64,000 nucleotides of DNA. Origin: Candidatus Poribacteria bacterium. Its GTDB lineage: Bacteria > Poribacteria > WGA-4E > WGA-3G. Position numbers and translations under genes: made by a program. Within the stretch, counting starts at the first letter, position 1. Every line of letters begins with the position of its first letter. This document shows positions 47,480 to 58,045 of the stretch, in pieces. The DNA lies in the NCBI GenBank assembly GCA_965200395.1, contig CBDAUH010000003.1, positions 874,398 to 938,397 of the forward strand, given 5' to 3'. Below the pieces are notes generated by a model. It did no database searches and was not told the origin of the DNA. It saw nothing but the letters and a program-made list of their open reading frames with translations.

Positions 47480-48787
47480 ATGCAACAACTTTACGATACA
47501 CAAATACCTAATCCACCTTCACGTGCAATCCTGATTGGCGTAAAACTCAAAGGTGCTATGCTCCATGAGACTGAGGAATCTTTGCAGGAGCTGCGTCAAT
47601 TAGCGGAAACTGCGGGGATTGAAGTGGTGTGTGAAACTGTACAAGCGCGCAATGTTCCGAATCCGACGTATTTTGTTGGCGAGGGCAAGGTTGAAGAGCT
47701 AAAGGCAGTCGATGAAGAATCTGAAGCGGATGTGGTTATTTTTGACGAGGAACTTACACCTGCACAAACACGAAATATTGAAAATACTCTTGATGTTGCA
47801 ACTCTTGACAGGATTGGTCTCATCCTGCGTGTGTTTGCACAACGGGCGTTGACAAGTGAAGCTCGCTTGCAAGTTACTTTGGCGCAATTAGAGTATGCGC
47901 TTCCACGACTTACACGTATGTGGACACACCTTTCACGAATGGCAACGGGTGCTGGCAGTGGGAGTGGTGCTCTACGCGGTCCAGGTGAGACGCAGCTGGA
48001 AATGGACAGACGTTGGATACGTAGACATATCTCTCATGTCAAAAAGGAGTTGCTGAAGGTTGAAAAGCGTCGAAAAGTTCAACGACAAAATCGTTCGGAG
48101 AAGACCAATGTATCACTTGTCGGATATACAAATGCTGGAAAATCAACGCTATTTAATACATTAACAGGTGAGAACTTGCTTGCAGAAGACAAGCTCTTTG
48201 CTACTTTGGATTCTACTACGAGACGCGTGAGTCTGCCCCAAAATCAAACCATTCTGTTAAGCGATACTGTTGGTTTTATCAAGAAATTGCCACATCAATT
48301 AGTCGAGGCCTTTAAAGCGACTTTGGAAGAGGTGGTGCAGGCGGATTTGTTGTTGCATGTGGTAGACGTTAGTCATTCGGAAGCTGAAGCGCAAATGAGT
48401 GCTGTAGATAAAGTTCTTACCGATTTGGGAGCGGACGACATACCTACGATTATGATTTTCAACAAGATTGACCAGCTTGAATCTGAGGACCAATTGCTTA
48501 TACTGCAGACACGATATACAGATGCTGTTTCTATTTCAGCACAGCGTGGGGACGGTATTCCGAAATTAATGGAGGTGTTAGCAGAACGTTTTGCTCCGCA
48601 AGGTGCGACGATTAATTTACATATTCCTTATAAGGATGGTAAAGTTTTAGACTTGCTGTATAAGCACGGAACAGTTCTCAATACAGAATATGCTGACGAA
48701 GCGGTTCATGTAAAAGCAAGAGTACCCAGTCGTTATCTCAAATCGGTATCACAATTTGCTGTCACAGACCTCAATCCAACGTTATAG
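47480..48787 (+). CDS. hflX: GTPase HflX
   Basis: HflX N-terminal domain with G motifs GYTNAGKST and DTVGF. Confidence 0.85.
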   Translation: MQQLYDTQIPNPPSRAILIGVKLKGAMLHETEESLQELRQLAETAGIEVVCETVQARNVPNPTYFVGEGKVEELKAVDEESEADVVIFDEELTPAQTRNIENTLDVATLDRIGLILRVFAQRALTSEARLQVTLAQLEYALPRLTRMWTHLSRMATGAGSGSGALRGPGETQLEMDRRWIRRHISHVKKELLKVEKRRKVQRQNRSEKTNVSLVGYTNAGKSTLFNTLTGENLLAEDKLFATLDSTTRRVSLPQNQTILLSDTVGFIKKLPHQLVEAFKATLEEVVQADLLLHVVDVSHSEAEAQMSAVDKVLTDLGADDIPTIMIFNKIDQLESEDQLLILQTRYTDAVSISAQRGDGIPKLMEVLAERFAPQGATINLHIPYKDGKVLDLLYKHGTVLNTEYADEAVHVKARVPSRYLKSVSQFAVTDLNPTL

Positions 48788-48837
48788 ATATGGATAAGTT
48801 GGGAAAGTCCGACATATTTGAAGGGGCAACATAGACG

Positions 48838-49083
48838 ATGGGATGGTTAGACAATATTGAGATTGGATATGATCTGCAAATTTGTCCAGATTGTGATCAG
48901 GAGTACGAGGTACTTGAACAATTCTTAGGATCTTCAAATAATAGGCGAACAAACTGGATTGATTCAGTGTTTAACGATATGTTTTATGTTGAGCTGCGGT
49001 GTCCTCAATGCCTTGAAACGCGTTACTTGTGTATTCAGTCGTTGACACCGTTACAGTTCTACACAGAAAAGGAGAAAGAATAA
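48838..49083 (+). CDS. Small hypothetical zinc-ribbon-like protein
   Basis: CPDC...CPQC pairs. Confidence 0.3.
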   Translation: MGWLDNIEIGYDLQICPDCDQEYEVLEQFLGSSNNRRTNWIDSVFNDMFYVELRCPQCLETRYLCIQSLTPLQFYTEKEKE

Positions 49084-49087
49084 TAAG

Positions 49088-49886
49088 ATGAAGATAGGTG
49101 TCACCCAAATAATTCTCGGTAATATGTCTCTTGATGATACACTTTCACTTTGTCAAGATGCGGGTTACGATGCGGTTGAACTCACCTTTGGGGAAGGTAA
49201 GGACACGGACATAAATATGAGTGATACGGAACTAAGGTCCATTGCTGCGAAGTGTGAATCTGTTGGTGTTGAAATTGCAAGTATTACTGCAGGTTACGCG
49301 AATCGCGGGAATCTCCTCAGTCCTGATGCAGAGCTACGAAATAACGGTGTGAAGTCGCTTGCACGGGGATTAGAGGTGGCAGGAGCACTTGGTGTTGGTG
49401 GGATACTCCTCCATCCGGGACAACTCAGTGTTGAAGGTACATATCAACAAGTTTGGGATAATCTTGTAGACATACTAAAAGACCTTGCGCCATCCGCAGA
49501 AAAGCACAAGGTTGCCATTGGATTGGAGAATGTATGGAACAAATTTCTACTCAGTCCGAAGGAGATGCGTGAGATTGTTGACGAGGTTGGCAGTGTCTGG
49601 GTCGGTACTTATCTTGATACTGCTAACATGATGGCTTACGGTTATCCTGAGCATTGGATACGTGAACTTGGAGAACGTATTACGTATTAAACGTGTGCAC
49701 TTTAAAGATTTTTCACGGGGCTCACATCGGTTTGTTAATCTATTAGATGGTGATACTGATTGGGCGGCGGTTATGGAAGCGTTCCGTGCTATCGGCTATG
49801 ATGGATATGTTGTTCACGAAGTTGGGGGCGATAGGGATGCGCAAATTGATCTGGCAGAACGAATGCGAAAGATTGTTGCTATGTAG
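49088..49886 (+). pseudogene. Sugar phosphate isomerase/epimerase (xylose-isomerase-like TIM barrel) with a frameshifting 7-bp tandem duplication
   Basis: CGTATTA CGTATTA at 49676-49689. Removing one copy restores ...RELGERIKRVHFKDF... and joins ORFs 49088-49690 and 49662-49886. Confidence 0.65.
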
Positions 49887-49924
49887 CACAAAAGAGAGGC
49901 GACAGTTTAAGAAACTGCCGCCTT

Positions 49925-50009
49925 ATGCCGGAGGTCGGACTCGAACCGACATGGACCTAGGGTCCGCTGGATTTTGAGTCCAGTGCGTCTACCAATTTCA
50001 CCACTCCGG
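49925..50009 (-). tRNA. tRNA-Leu (anticodon CAA)
   Basis: Reverse complement GCCGGAGTGGTGAAATTGGTAGACGCACTGGACTCAAAATCCAGCGGACCCTAGGTCCATGTCGGTTCGAGTCCGACCTCCGGCA with a long variable arm. Confidence 0.85.
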
Positions 50010-50091
50010 CAAATTTTAGAAAATTCTGATTGTTGCAAAACCGATTGACTCGTTAAATATAACATATTTCGGGAGAAATGTCAATAAAATT

Positions 50092-50943
50092 ATGGCAAGA
50101 CAACAACGAGGTCTAGCATCAGAGAGCATATTTCAACGTATTTCGAACTTCGCGCGTGGGTTGTTTGCATTGGTTCGGGAAAAGGAAACTTATATTGCAA
50201 TTCTACGTTGGAGTTTCTGGCGTATTACACCTAAGCGTCGCCGTATTCTCAGGTTAATCCGTGAGCTCAAACCACTTGTTGAGGAGGCTCCGGCTGAAAT
50301 GCATGCCCTTCGTGAAGAAGTTTTTTCAAAATGCTGTCTTGAGCTCCGACTACAGCATGACCAACAAAAGTTATTGGAAATTCTGAACAGTGTTGAACAT
50401 CCCGTGGGCTATGAGCAGATTTTTTTCACTGCTATTTACCCGATATTGATTAAGCGAGATATGGCGGCAAATCCAATCCATACTGAACAACACCATCGGC
50501 TTGAGGTTGAAATTGGATATTTGGCACACAACGAGGATTATTTCTTCTGGGTATTTGAGATTGACAGTGAGAGACGCATGTCTCTGAATACGGAGCTGGA
50601 TGTACGGGAAGAACAACGTGAAGACAAACGGTTTGTAGTCTATACACTTGGGTGTAGGGGGTTGGTTGAAACCGACTTTGCGGAATATGCGGAGCAATGG
50701 TTACTAAACGCTCCTCGTTTATCAATATCACTTCCGATGCTTGCAACTGCGTATTCTGAGCAGTGGATTCTTAACACACGGATATATTTTTCACACATAT
50801 TAAAGGATCTTAAGAGACGGAATTATAAAGTCACAGCAGAGGCGATACCTGATTTTGAACGGGCGCGGTTGTCAATTCTACGCCGTCTTTCCCTGCTTCA
50901 GTTAGAAAGACGTCAATCTCAGTCCTCACGCCGAAATCGTTGA
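50092..50943 (+). CDS. Hypothetical protein
   Basis: 283-aa ORF with ATG at 50092; no motif. Its 3' end overlaps the convergent aminopeptidase gene by 113 bp. Confidence 0.35.
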   Translation: MARQQRGLASESIFQRISNFARGLFALVREKETYIAILRWSFWRITPKRRRILRLIRELKPLVEEAPAEMHALREEVFSKCCLELRLQHDQQKLLEILNSVEHPVGYEQIFFTAIYPILIKRDMAANPIHTEQHHRLEVEIGYLAHNEDYFFWVFEIDSERRMSLNTELDVREEQREDKRFVVYTLGCRGLVETDFAEYAEQWLLNAPRLSISLPMLATAYSEQWILNTRIYFSHILKDLKRRNYKVTAEAIPDFERARLSILRRLSLLQLERRQSQSSRRNR

Positions 50944-52012
50944 GATAGATACCGGGTTCAATTGAAAAACAGATTCCGGGAATGAGTATTCGGGCATCTC
51001 GTGTCTCAAGATTGTCTAAATTGACTCCATTACCGTGTATCACGGTTCCAATGTTATGTCCCGTGCGGTGTATAAAGTACTCGCCATATCCTTTTTCTGT
51101 AATGTACCCACGAACACAATCATCAACTGCGTAACCTGGAATTGGTTCGTTTGCGGCATATTTTTCGCGTATGAACGTTACTGCTCTATCTCGTGCTTCT
51201 TTAACAATTTCAAATATTTTTACATATTTGTCAGGGACAGAAGAACCGGCATAAGCGACCCATGTTGTGTCTGCGAATACTGCATCTGGTTCCTTCTGTT
51301 TTGCCCATAGATCGATTAGGATAAAATCCCCCTTCTGGATCTGTTGAGATTTATCTGCGGTTGGTGTGTAATGTGGGTCGCTACTGTTAGCATTGACTGC
51401 GACAATAGGTGGGTGATCGGCGATTAAGTTCATCTCATCGAACAGATTAAGAATCTGTTGTTGAACATCATATTCAGTAATTGGATTACCGGTTTTGAGT
51501 TGGTTGCCAATCCATGCGAATGCGTAATCTTTTACCTGCAGAATCTGTCGTGCAGATTTCACATGCCCTTCATATTGGGCGTTGGTAAGTCGTGCTTCTA
51601 CATGTTGTGCAAGTTCTGCTGATGATACGATCTCGATACCAAAACTACGGATCCATTCCAATGTACCAGCGTCTACACGGGAAATGTAGGGAATTGATGC
51701 GTTAGGTGAATACTCCATTGCTACCGATTGAATATTTTTGAGCAGTTTTGGCATTTCTTGGTTGAGTTCTTGCCACCCGGCATATAGAGATACCTCTCCG
51801 GACACATCCGTAAAATTTGATGTTTCAATTCGATGGATTAACCATCGTGGGTCACCTTGTTTAGGTATTAGGCAAAACCAGCGGCGTGTGATATTTTTTT
51901 CTGCAAAGCCTGCTACGTTTTGTGAGATAGGGTTGATACCGCGAAAGTCATAGAGGAGCCAAGCTTCAATATTTAATGTTGAGAGTATACTTTGGATTTC
52001 ATATATTTTCAT
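50831..52012 (-). CDS. M24-family Xaa-Pro aminopeptidase/creatinase-like peptidase
   Basis: HRTGHNIGTVIHGNG...CFSIEPGIY pita-bread motifs. ATG at 52012. Confidence 0.75.
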   Translation of the reverse strand: MKIYEIQSILSTLNIEAWLLYDFRGINPISQNVAGFAEKNITRRWFCLIPKQGDPRWLIHRIETSNFTDVSGEVSLYAGWQELNQEMPKLLKNIQSVAMEYSPNASIPYISRVDAGTLEWIRSFGIEIVSSAELAQHVEARLTNAQYEGHVKSARQILQVKDYAFAWIGNQLKTGNPITEYDVQQQILNLFDEMNLIADHPPIVAVNANSSDPHYTPTADKSQQIQKGDFILIDLWAKQKEPDAVFADTTWVAYAGSSVPDKYVKIFEIVKEARDRAVTFIREKYAANEPIPGYAVDDCVRGYITEKGYGEYFIHRTGHNIGTVIHGNGVNLDNLETRDARILIPGICFSIEPGIYLNDFGVRTEIDVFLTEAGKDGVELTTAPVQNQVSPLL

Positions 52013-52159
52013 AATATGTCAATCTGTTGAAGAACAAGATTCGTTTTGAAAACTGGCAATTATATTAGCAAAAGAATTAGATCGAGTCAAATTTGTTAAA
52101 TGGTTGCAAAGTGTCATCGCAAGTCTTGTTGGGCTTGCTCCTTTCTTTACCTACGGTGT

Positions 52160-52200
52160 ACAACCTAGGGAGTTCGATGCTCAATGCGTAAGTTCTGTTC
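52160..52200. repeat. Palindromic repeat family, copy D
   Basis: tgtacaacctagggagttcgatgctcaatgcgtaag. Confidence 0.4.
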
Positions 52201-52334
52201 GCTGTGCAAAATATTTTACGCATTCTGCATATACACGCATGATATAGTAACGGAAAAATAAATCTTATTGTGGAGATATAAATGACGTTTTTCGATTTCA
52301 TCCCCCCTGTTATATTTATATTTTGGGGAACTGT

Positions 52335-53911
52335 TATTATTACTATAGTTTGGACATTTTTGGTCTTGTTATAGATTATGAATAGTTGGCAGCATTTCCC
52401 CGTTAGCACTTCTGAACAGGTGTTAGAACCGCTGCTAACGCCCCTTTTCTGTCTAAATTCTGTTAGAAATCACTGTTTTTTAGCCATCATTTTTCCAATA
52501 ATCGTGAAAATAGTTGCTGTTGAACTAGTTCATGTAGTATCTTCGGGGATTTTTAGTTTTTTCTGTGCGTTTTTCCTCGGATCGTAACCCGTATAAAAAT
52601 AGTTTTGTTGTAAACGTCGCTGCAAGTAAGCGGTCATCAAGCCGCGTGTGAGATGTTTCGGTTTATACCAGTGTATATTGAGCGTGGATAGCACGTCTTC
52701 TAAATCAAGAGAAACCTTGTCTGTGTCTGTGTCTGCGGGTGTCTTAGGCAATGGCGACGGACTGAAAGCGAGTTGTGTCAGCGTTGCTGCGGTGAAACTG
52801 AGTTGAGCGAACCGATCCAAACTTTTCCTGTCTCGGAGTTGATAGGTGTCAAATCCGAAGTTTTCTTTAGCGTCCCGAAAGGCAGTTTCAATCTGCCATC
52901 GGTTTCTATAGTGTCGGATAACTGTTTCTACGGGCAGTCGTAAATCTGAAGTAAATACACAAAAATACCGATAGGGTTTAGACTTTTTCAAGCGTTTGCG
53001 TATCACAACGATGCGGACATCTACAGGACACATCTTTGTTCGCACGACTTTATCAGCGACAGAAAGTGTCTGATCCTCAACAACGATATCTGTATACTTC
53101 AGGTGTGGAATAGACACACGGCTACCATACCGACGGGGTCTGCCTCTCTTGAGACGCTTAGGGCGTTTCGGTATATCAAAAAACGCTGCGTTTGACTTCG
53201 CACGACAAAGTAAATGATGTCCTTGTGAGAGTATCTCCGTGAACACTTTGCGTCTATTGAAACCTCTATCAAAAATGATAAGACCCGGTGGCACAAGATT
53301 ACATAAATGCTTCAGCACAGCGAGGCTATTCGCGTCCTCGCTTTTCGGTTCCATCATCCGTGTGGCTAATGGAAATAGGCGCGTGCCTTCGCGCGTTTCT
53401 GCCAGCCAGCCAATCGCACCGAACTCGTGTCCGTGATGAAACTTGGACTGGTTCTTGTTACGTGCCTGATACGCAGGGTTCCTGCGGAAATGCAAACCCG
53501 CTTGTTTTGAACCGCTACTTATGGCATGCGTCTCATCATAGACATAGACGCCCGTGGGGTAAGCGGATAGCACTTGATGGCTTAGCGTAGTGGCGACTTG
53601 ATCCACACACCAGATGCCACGCGAGAGAAACTTTGGCAGAGACCAATACCGACCTGCTTGGGCTGTCGCAAGATAGATTTGTGTCATTGTGCCTCGGTAG
53701 GGCGTATTTATCAGACCTTTTACGAAAGTCTGAAAGTGGTGAAAGTTATTATACTTGAACAAAGGTCAAAAATCTGATAACATGTTGTCCAAGTAGGAAA
53801 GTGGGGTCATTTGAAATATCCTTTCAAATTTGTGTTTCCTAAAAGGATACCCGCTTTCCTGCTTTATGTCCATAAAAAAAACAAAAATTGTCCAAACTAT
53901 AGTTATTATTA
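52335..53911 (-). mobile_element. IS4-superfamily insertion sequence, copy 2 (related to 44147-45562)
   Basis: Inverted repeats ttattactatagtttggacattttt at 52335-52361 and tgtccaaactatagttattatta at 53889-53911. Confidence 0.7.
52530..53762 (-). CDS. IS4-superfamily DDE transposase
   Basis: RWQIETAFRDAKENFGFDTYQLRD; about 50% identical to 44179-45456. Confidence 0.75.
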   Translation of the reverse strand: MFKYNNFHHFQTFVKGLINTPYRGTMTQIYLATAQAGRYWSLPKFLSRGIWCVDQVATTLSHQVLSAYPTGVYVYDETHAISSGSKQAGLHFRRNPAYQARNKNQSKFHHGHEFGAIGWLAETREGTRLFPLATRMMEPKSEDANSLAVLKHLCNLVPPGLIIFDRGFNRRKVFTEILSQGHHLLCRAKSNAAFFDIPKRPKRLKRGRPRRYGSRVSIPHLKYTDIVVEDQTLSVADKVVRTKMCPVDVRIVVIRKRLKKSKPYRYFCVFTSDLRLPVETVIRHYRNRWQIETAFRDAKENFGFDTYQLRDRKSLDRFAQLSFTAATLTQLAFSPSPLPKTPADTDTDKVSLDLEDVLSTLNIHWYKPKHLTRGLMTAYLQRRLQQNYFYTGYDPRKNAQKKLKIPEDTT

Positions 53912-54230
53912 TGTTAATTGTTATAGTGCATGTGTTTTTTGCTTTTGGTGTCTACTCAGATGCATTGAGACTGCGAAGAACCTTGAGGACGACGATACTG
54001 GTCAATCCTTCGGTATGGTTATTTGCAACTATCCTTGGTGGTGTGTTGGTTGCTGCTGTTTATTGGATATTGCACCATTCCACGTTAAATCCCACAATTT
54101 CACTCAGAGCTAAAGAAATAAATAAAGAACCGATTGTGTGACATAATGCCACTCATAAGAATCGGACTACAAATGGGATAACCTGTAACAGCCCGTTGTT
54201 ACAGGTTATTCAAACTAAAAAATGTAGGTT

Positions 54231-55091
54231 CTATTTTATTCTTGACTTGATACTTCCCCAAGTAGTTGTCAGTTTGCCGTTAGGGTCAACGGCGAAGAAA
54301 ACGGAATTTTCACCGAGGTAATTGAGAACGTTTGTCGTTAGCTTTCTTAGATTATCGCTCTCTGGGGACTTTGTATCGGTATAAACGCCATTATGATGTC
54401 CAAGTGTGATGATTTTGCCATCTTTAACATCGTATTCAACAAATGGGCGTTCTCCTGCGCCCCCGCCTCCCTTAAGTGTTTTGGTGCCGAGGATTAGACC
54501 GGATGGAGGTGCAGCCTTGAAATTGTGAAAATCTGCGCTGAATCCTTGCTGTGCCATAATTGTTATAAAAACAGGCTTATTTGTATCAAAACCTTTGTAT
54601 ACTGGATGGTTTTTTGCATCATCTGTCGGTATAACACTGATTTGTCCATTACCTTTACTTAATGGTGAGATACGGCGTGGGATTCCCCCCTCTTCAACGC
54701 CTATGTCTGCTACGTATCGCAGAGAAAGTGCGGAGAGAAACAATCCGCCTCCCGCTTCTACATAGTCAAGAATAGACTTCTTTGTGGAATCTTCAAGAAA
54801 AGCAGCTGGCAAGGTGTTCGTTTCTGTATAAATGAACCACAACATTGCAAATTGATCCAAATTTTGTGCATTACCGCTGCTGTTCTTGAATGTGCCATCG
54901 TTCCCAGCTATAAGTATTGTCGCTTTATAGTTATCTTCTGCCCAATTGTAGGCTGCTTCCTCAACTTCCCCAAGTTTGTTACTGCCAGCCAAGAAGCCAA
55001 CGGTCACATCCACCGAATATGCTGGTAAAGTTGAAACTACTGTTATAAGCAGGAATATAAACAAGCAACGAAGAGTTACTGATTTTGTCAT
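54231..55091 (-). CDS. Secreted hypothetical protein (possible ThuA/DUF4159-like fold)
   Basis: Signal peptide MTKSVTLRCLFIFLLITVVSTLPAYS. ATG at 55091 with a GGAGAT ribosome-binding site. Confidence 0.45.
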   Translation of the reverse strand: MTKSVTLRCLFIFLLITVVSTLPAYSVDVTVGFLAGSNKLGEVEEAAYNWAEDNYKATILIAGNDGTFKNSSGNAQNLDQFAMLWFIYTETNTLPAAFLEDSTKKSILDYVEAGGGLFLSALSLRYVADIGVEEGGIPRRISPLSKGNGQISVIPTDDAKNHPVYKGFDTNKPVFITIMAQQGFSADFHNFKAAPPSGLILGTKTLKGGGGAGERPFVEYDVKDGKIITLGHHNGVYTDTKSPESDNLRKLTTNVLNYLGENSVFFAVDPNGKLTTTWGSIKSRIK

Positions 55092-55260
55092 TTGGTTATC
55101 TCCTTCATCAGTTTTTTACATAATAACATGAGATAATGTTGTATGTCCAATAAAATGACACTAGATAATCACCACAAGAAATTGGAAATAGGATATAATC
55201 TTTCATATCATACACATTAAGTCTTTCAATTTTGCTTATTTTATGGAGGAGAGATTTTAA

Positions 55261-56295
55261 ATGTATAATGCTGAAAAACATTTTAGAACGTTATATGATA
55301 TTGTCCCAAGAAGATATGATTTCCGGGAAACTACACGCGAAGGTTTGATAACGTGGCAAGCCAATTTTCGTCCTGAACTCCGTACCATCCTCGGTTTAGA
55401 CAACATGGAATCTGACTTTGCTGGTTATGTTCCAAAAGCGGAACAATTGGACATATTAGATATGGATGACCATATTCGAGAGAGTTGGTATCTTTGGGTA
55501 GAACCTACTGTACCGTTGCCGTTTTACTTGTTGAAGCCGAAGGGAATCAAAGGTAAACTCCCATTGATCCTTACTCCGCACGGGCATAACCATCCACATA
55601 TCTACGTTGGAATTGCTAATTCTGAGAAAGAGGAACAGGAGATGATAGAAGGTGAACGAGATATAGCACGGCAAGCTGTTGTGGAAGAGGGATATATTGC
55701 GATTGCCCCTACAACACGCGCATTTGGAGAGACACGTACTGAAGCGGACAAAAAGAATAATGCTACACATTCTTGTAGGCATCAATTGGTGCATAGCATA
55801 CTTGTTGGCAGAACACCGATTGGTGAGAGGGTGTGGGATATGTCACGACTGATTGATTGGGCAGTAGGTAATTTGCCGATTGATGCTAAACGGATTGCAA
55901 TAACTGGAAATTCTGGCGGTGGCACCGTGTCTCTATTTGCAGCTGCTTGTGAAACTCGTATCGCTGTGGCGGTACCGAGTTGCTACTATTGCACGTTTGA
56001 GGGGAGTATTGGCACGATTCGGCACTGTGAATGCAACTATGTTCCCGGTATAATGCGGTTAGGCGAGATGTATGATGTTGCTGGGTTGATTGCACCGCGT
56101 CCGTTTTGTGCAATCGCTGGACGAGACGATCCTATTTTTCCGATTGATCATGTCAAGTTTGCTTATGAACGTTTGAAGGAAATATACGTTGTTGCGGGTG
56201 TTGGGGATCGATGTGAGTTGTACGTCGGAGATGGTGAGCATCGGTATTACAAAGCGGCGGCGTGGCAGTTTATTCGCCGCTTTTTCTCCGAATAG
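55261..56295 (+). CDS. Alpha/beta hydrolase (carbohydrate-esterase-like)
   Basis: GNSGGG nucleophile elbow. ATG at 55261 with a GGAGGAG ribosome-binding site. Confidence 0.6.
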   Translation: MYNAEKHFRTLYDIVPRRYDFRETTREGLITWQANFRPELRTILGLDNMESDFAGYVPKAEQLDILDMDDHIRESWYLWVEPTVPLPFYLLKPKGIKGKLPLILTPHGHNHPHIYVGIANSEKEEQEMIEGERDIARQAVVEEGYIAIAPTTRAFGETRTEADKKNNATHSCRHQLVHSILVGRTPIGERVWDMSRLIDWAVGNLPIDAKRIAITGNSGGGTVSLFAAACETRIAVAVPSCYYCTFEGSIGTIRHCECNYVPGIMRLGEMYDVAGLIAPRPFCAIAGRDDPIFPIDHVKFAYERLKEIYVVAGVGDRCELYVGDGEHRYYKAAAWQFIRRFFSE

Positions 56296-56307
56296 TATGA
56301 AGTATAT

Positions 56308-57720
56308 TTACCCTTTTATGATTGCCCAAACTGTTCTCAAGATGATTTTTATGTCTAAGGTGATAGACCAGTTTTCTATATAGTATCGATCATAGTTTAC
56401 GCGGTCTTCAAGTGGTGTATTTCCGCGCAATCCGTTAACTTGTGCCCATCCTGTCATTCCAGATTTAACGCGCTGTCGTGCAAGGTAGTGTGGTATTGTT
56501 TCTTGGAATGTATCGATTAGGCCGGACATCTCTGGGCGGGGTCCTACTAGGCTCATATCACCTTTGAGAACATTTAGGAATTGGGGCAATTCGTCCAAAC
56601 TCCATCGTCTCAGAAATTTGCCGAGGCTAGTCTGGCGTGGGTCATCATTTTTTGCCCACACATGTCCGACGTTATATTCTGCGTCTGCGTGCATAGATCG
56701 GAATTTATAGATGTTGAATCGTTTACCTGCTCTACTGACGCGTTCTTGTGTGAAAATTGCTTTACCGGGAGAATTCAGCCGTATAGCTGCTGCAATTATT
56801 AACATGAGTGGGCTTAATACTATTAAAGCGAACAGACTAAACACAATGTCTATCAATCGTTTTATGATTCCACTTACCCCTTGCATCGGTATGTCACGGA
56901 GTTGAAGGGCGGGTAATCCTTCAAAGTATGTTACTGCTGTTCTGCCTTTGATGAATTCTGAAAGTTCAGGCAGAACGTATATCTGAATAGGGATTCCTTC
57001 ACATGCATGAAGAATATGCAGGATCGTATGATTTGCCACGGTTGGTGCTGTAATAAATAGCATATCAAGTTGGCATCTTTTCACTATTTCAAGTATCTCA
57101 TTGCTGTTACCGAGTAATGCAAAATGTGAACCATCAGCGAGAGATATATCTGTGTTTTCTTCATCATCAATCAATCCAACTAATTTGTGTCCACAGTTTG
57201 ATTCGGAATTTATAGCGTTGATGAATTGTATGCTCCGTTCATCATAACCGACGAGTGCAACACGACTTATGCCTACACCTTGTGCTTGTACTGCTTGGCG
57301 AAACCGGTGAAACACAAGACGGCATAACAGTAAGAAAACGAGGTTAAAACCTGTTGCAAGGAGCATAACCCATCGGGAATACGGAACATGATGCTGGACA
57401 AAAAAGAGTGTGGCTAATGTGCCGATTAAGGCGATAGCAGATGTTTTGCATAGGTTCCAAAAAACTACTGATGCGGCATATTTATCTGGTTGGTATAACT
57501 TAAACCCCTTCAACGCCGCTAGCCAGATAATTGCTGTCACTGGGATTAGTCGGAGATAGTCATTGAAAGGCGGTGTGCCCCCTTTATGTAATGCCAGTGT
57601 GCTGAGCCAATTTGATTCAAATCGAACCCAATATGCAATAACGATTGCAGTTGCGATAAAACATAGATCACATAGGACTGTAAGTGCAATTAGTAAATGG
57701 TCAAGTGTTTTTTTGCTCAT
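56308..57720 (-). CDS. Polyprenyl-phosphate sugar phosphotransferase (bacterial sugar transferase, WbaP-like)
   Basis: C-terminal RPEMSGL... with ...KFRSM...DELPQFLNVLKGDMSLVGPRPE. ATG at 57720 chosen over TTG at 57735. Confidence 0.75.
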   Translation of the reverse strand: MSKKTLDHLLIALTVLCDLCFIATAIVIAYWVRFESNWLSTLALHKGGTPPFNDYLRLIPVTAIIWLAALKGFKLYQPDKYAASVVFWNLCKTSAIALIGTLATLFFVQHHVPYSRWVMLLATGFNLVFLLLCRLVFHRFRQAVQAQGVGISRVALVGYDERSIQFINAINSESNCGHKLVGLIDDEENTDISLADGSHFALLGNSNEILEIVKRCQLDMLFITAPTVANHTILHILHACEGIPIQIYVLPELSEFIKGRTAVTYFEGLPALQLRDIPMQGVSGIIKRLIDIVFSLFALIVLSPLMLIIAAAIRLNSPGKAIFTQERVSRAGKRFNIYKFRSMHADAEYNVGHVWAKNDDPRQTSLGKFLRRWSLDELPQFLNVLKGDMSLVGPRPEMSGLIDTFQETIPHYLARQRVKSGMTGWAQVNGLRGNTPLEDRVNYDRYYIENWSITLDIKIILRTVWAIIKG

Positions 57721-57862
57721 GAATGAAGTCCGCAAATCTAACCTATTCTAACGTCGTTAAATGATTTATAGGACTTACGCAATTTCGGTTGAATTCGGGG
57801 TTACAAACCGCTCTAAAAAAGTTTGTGCTCCTTGTAGGGTAACCTTTCTAGGCTGCGTCCCC

Positions 57863-57890
57863 GATGCACAAACTGGAAAGTTTATGCTAC
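57863..57890. repeat. Palindromic repeat family, copy C, in a divergent promoter region
   Basis: gatgcacaaactggaaagtttatgctac. Confidence 0.5.
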
Positions 57891-58045
57891 GATGCGTAAG
57901 TCTTGTGATTTATTATTATACAACGTCTGACTTGAGATTTCAACAAGGATGTATTGCAATATCATTTCGCCAAACTTTTGAGCTGAAACATTGCTGATAA
58001 TTTGTTGATGATGTGCTATTCTATTGCTTATTAGGAGGGATAGAC

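Noticed and set aside
53811-54141. Small membrane-protein ORFs next to the IS right end
   Set aside because: Their 5' portions lie inside the IS terminal inverted repeat. A possible real ~77-aa two-TM ORF (53911-54141) has no ribosome-binding site or homology support, so I left it out of the features.
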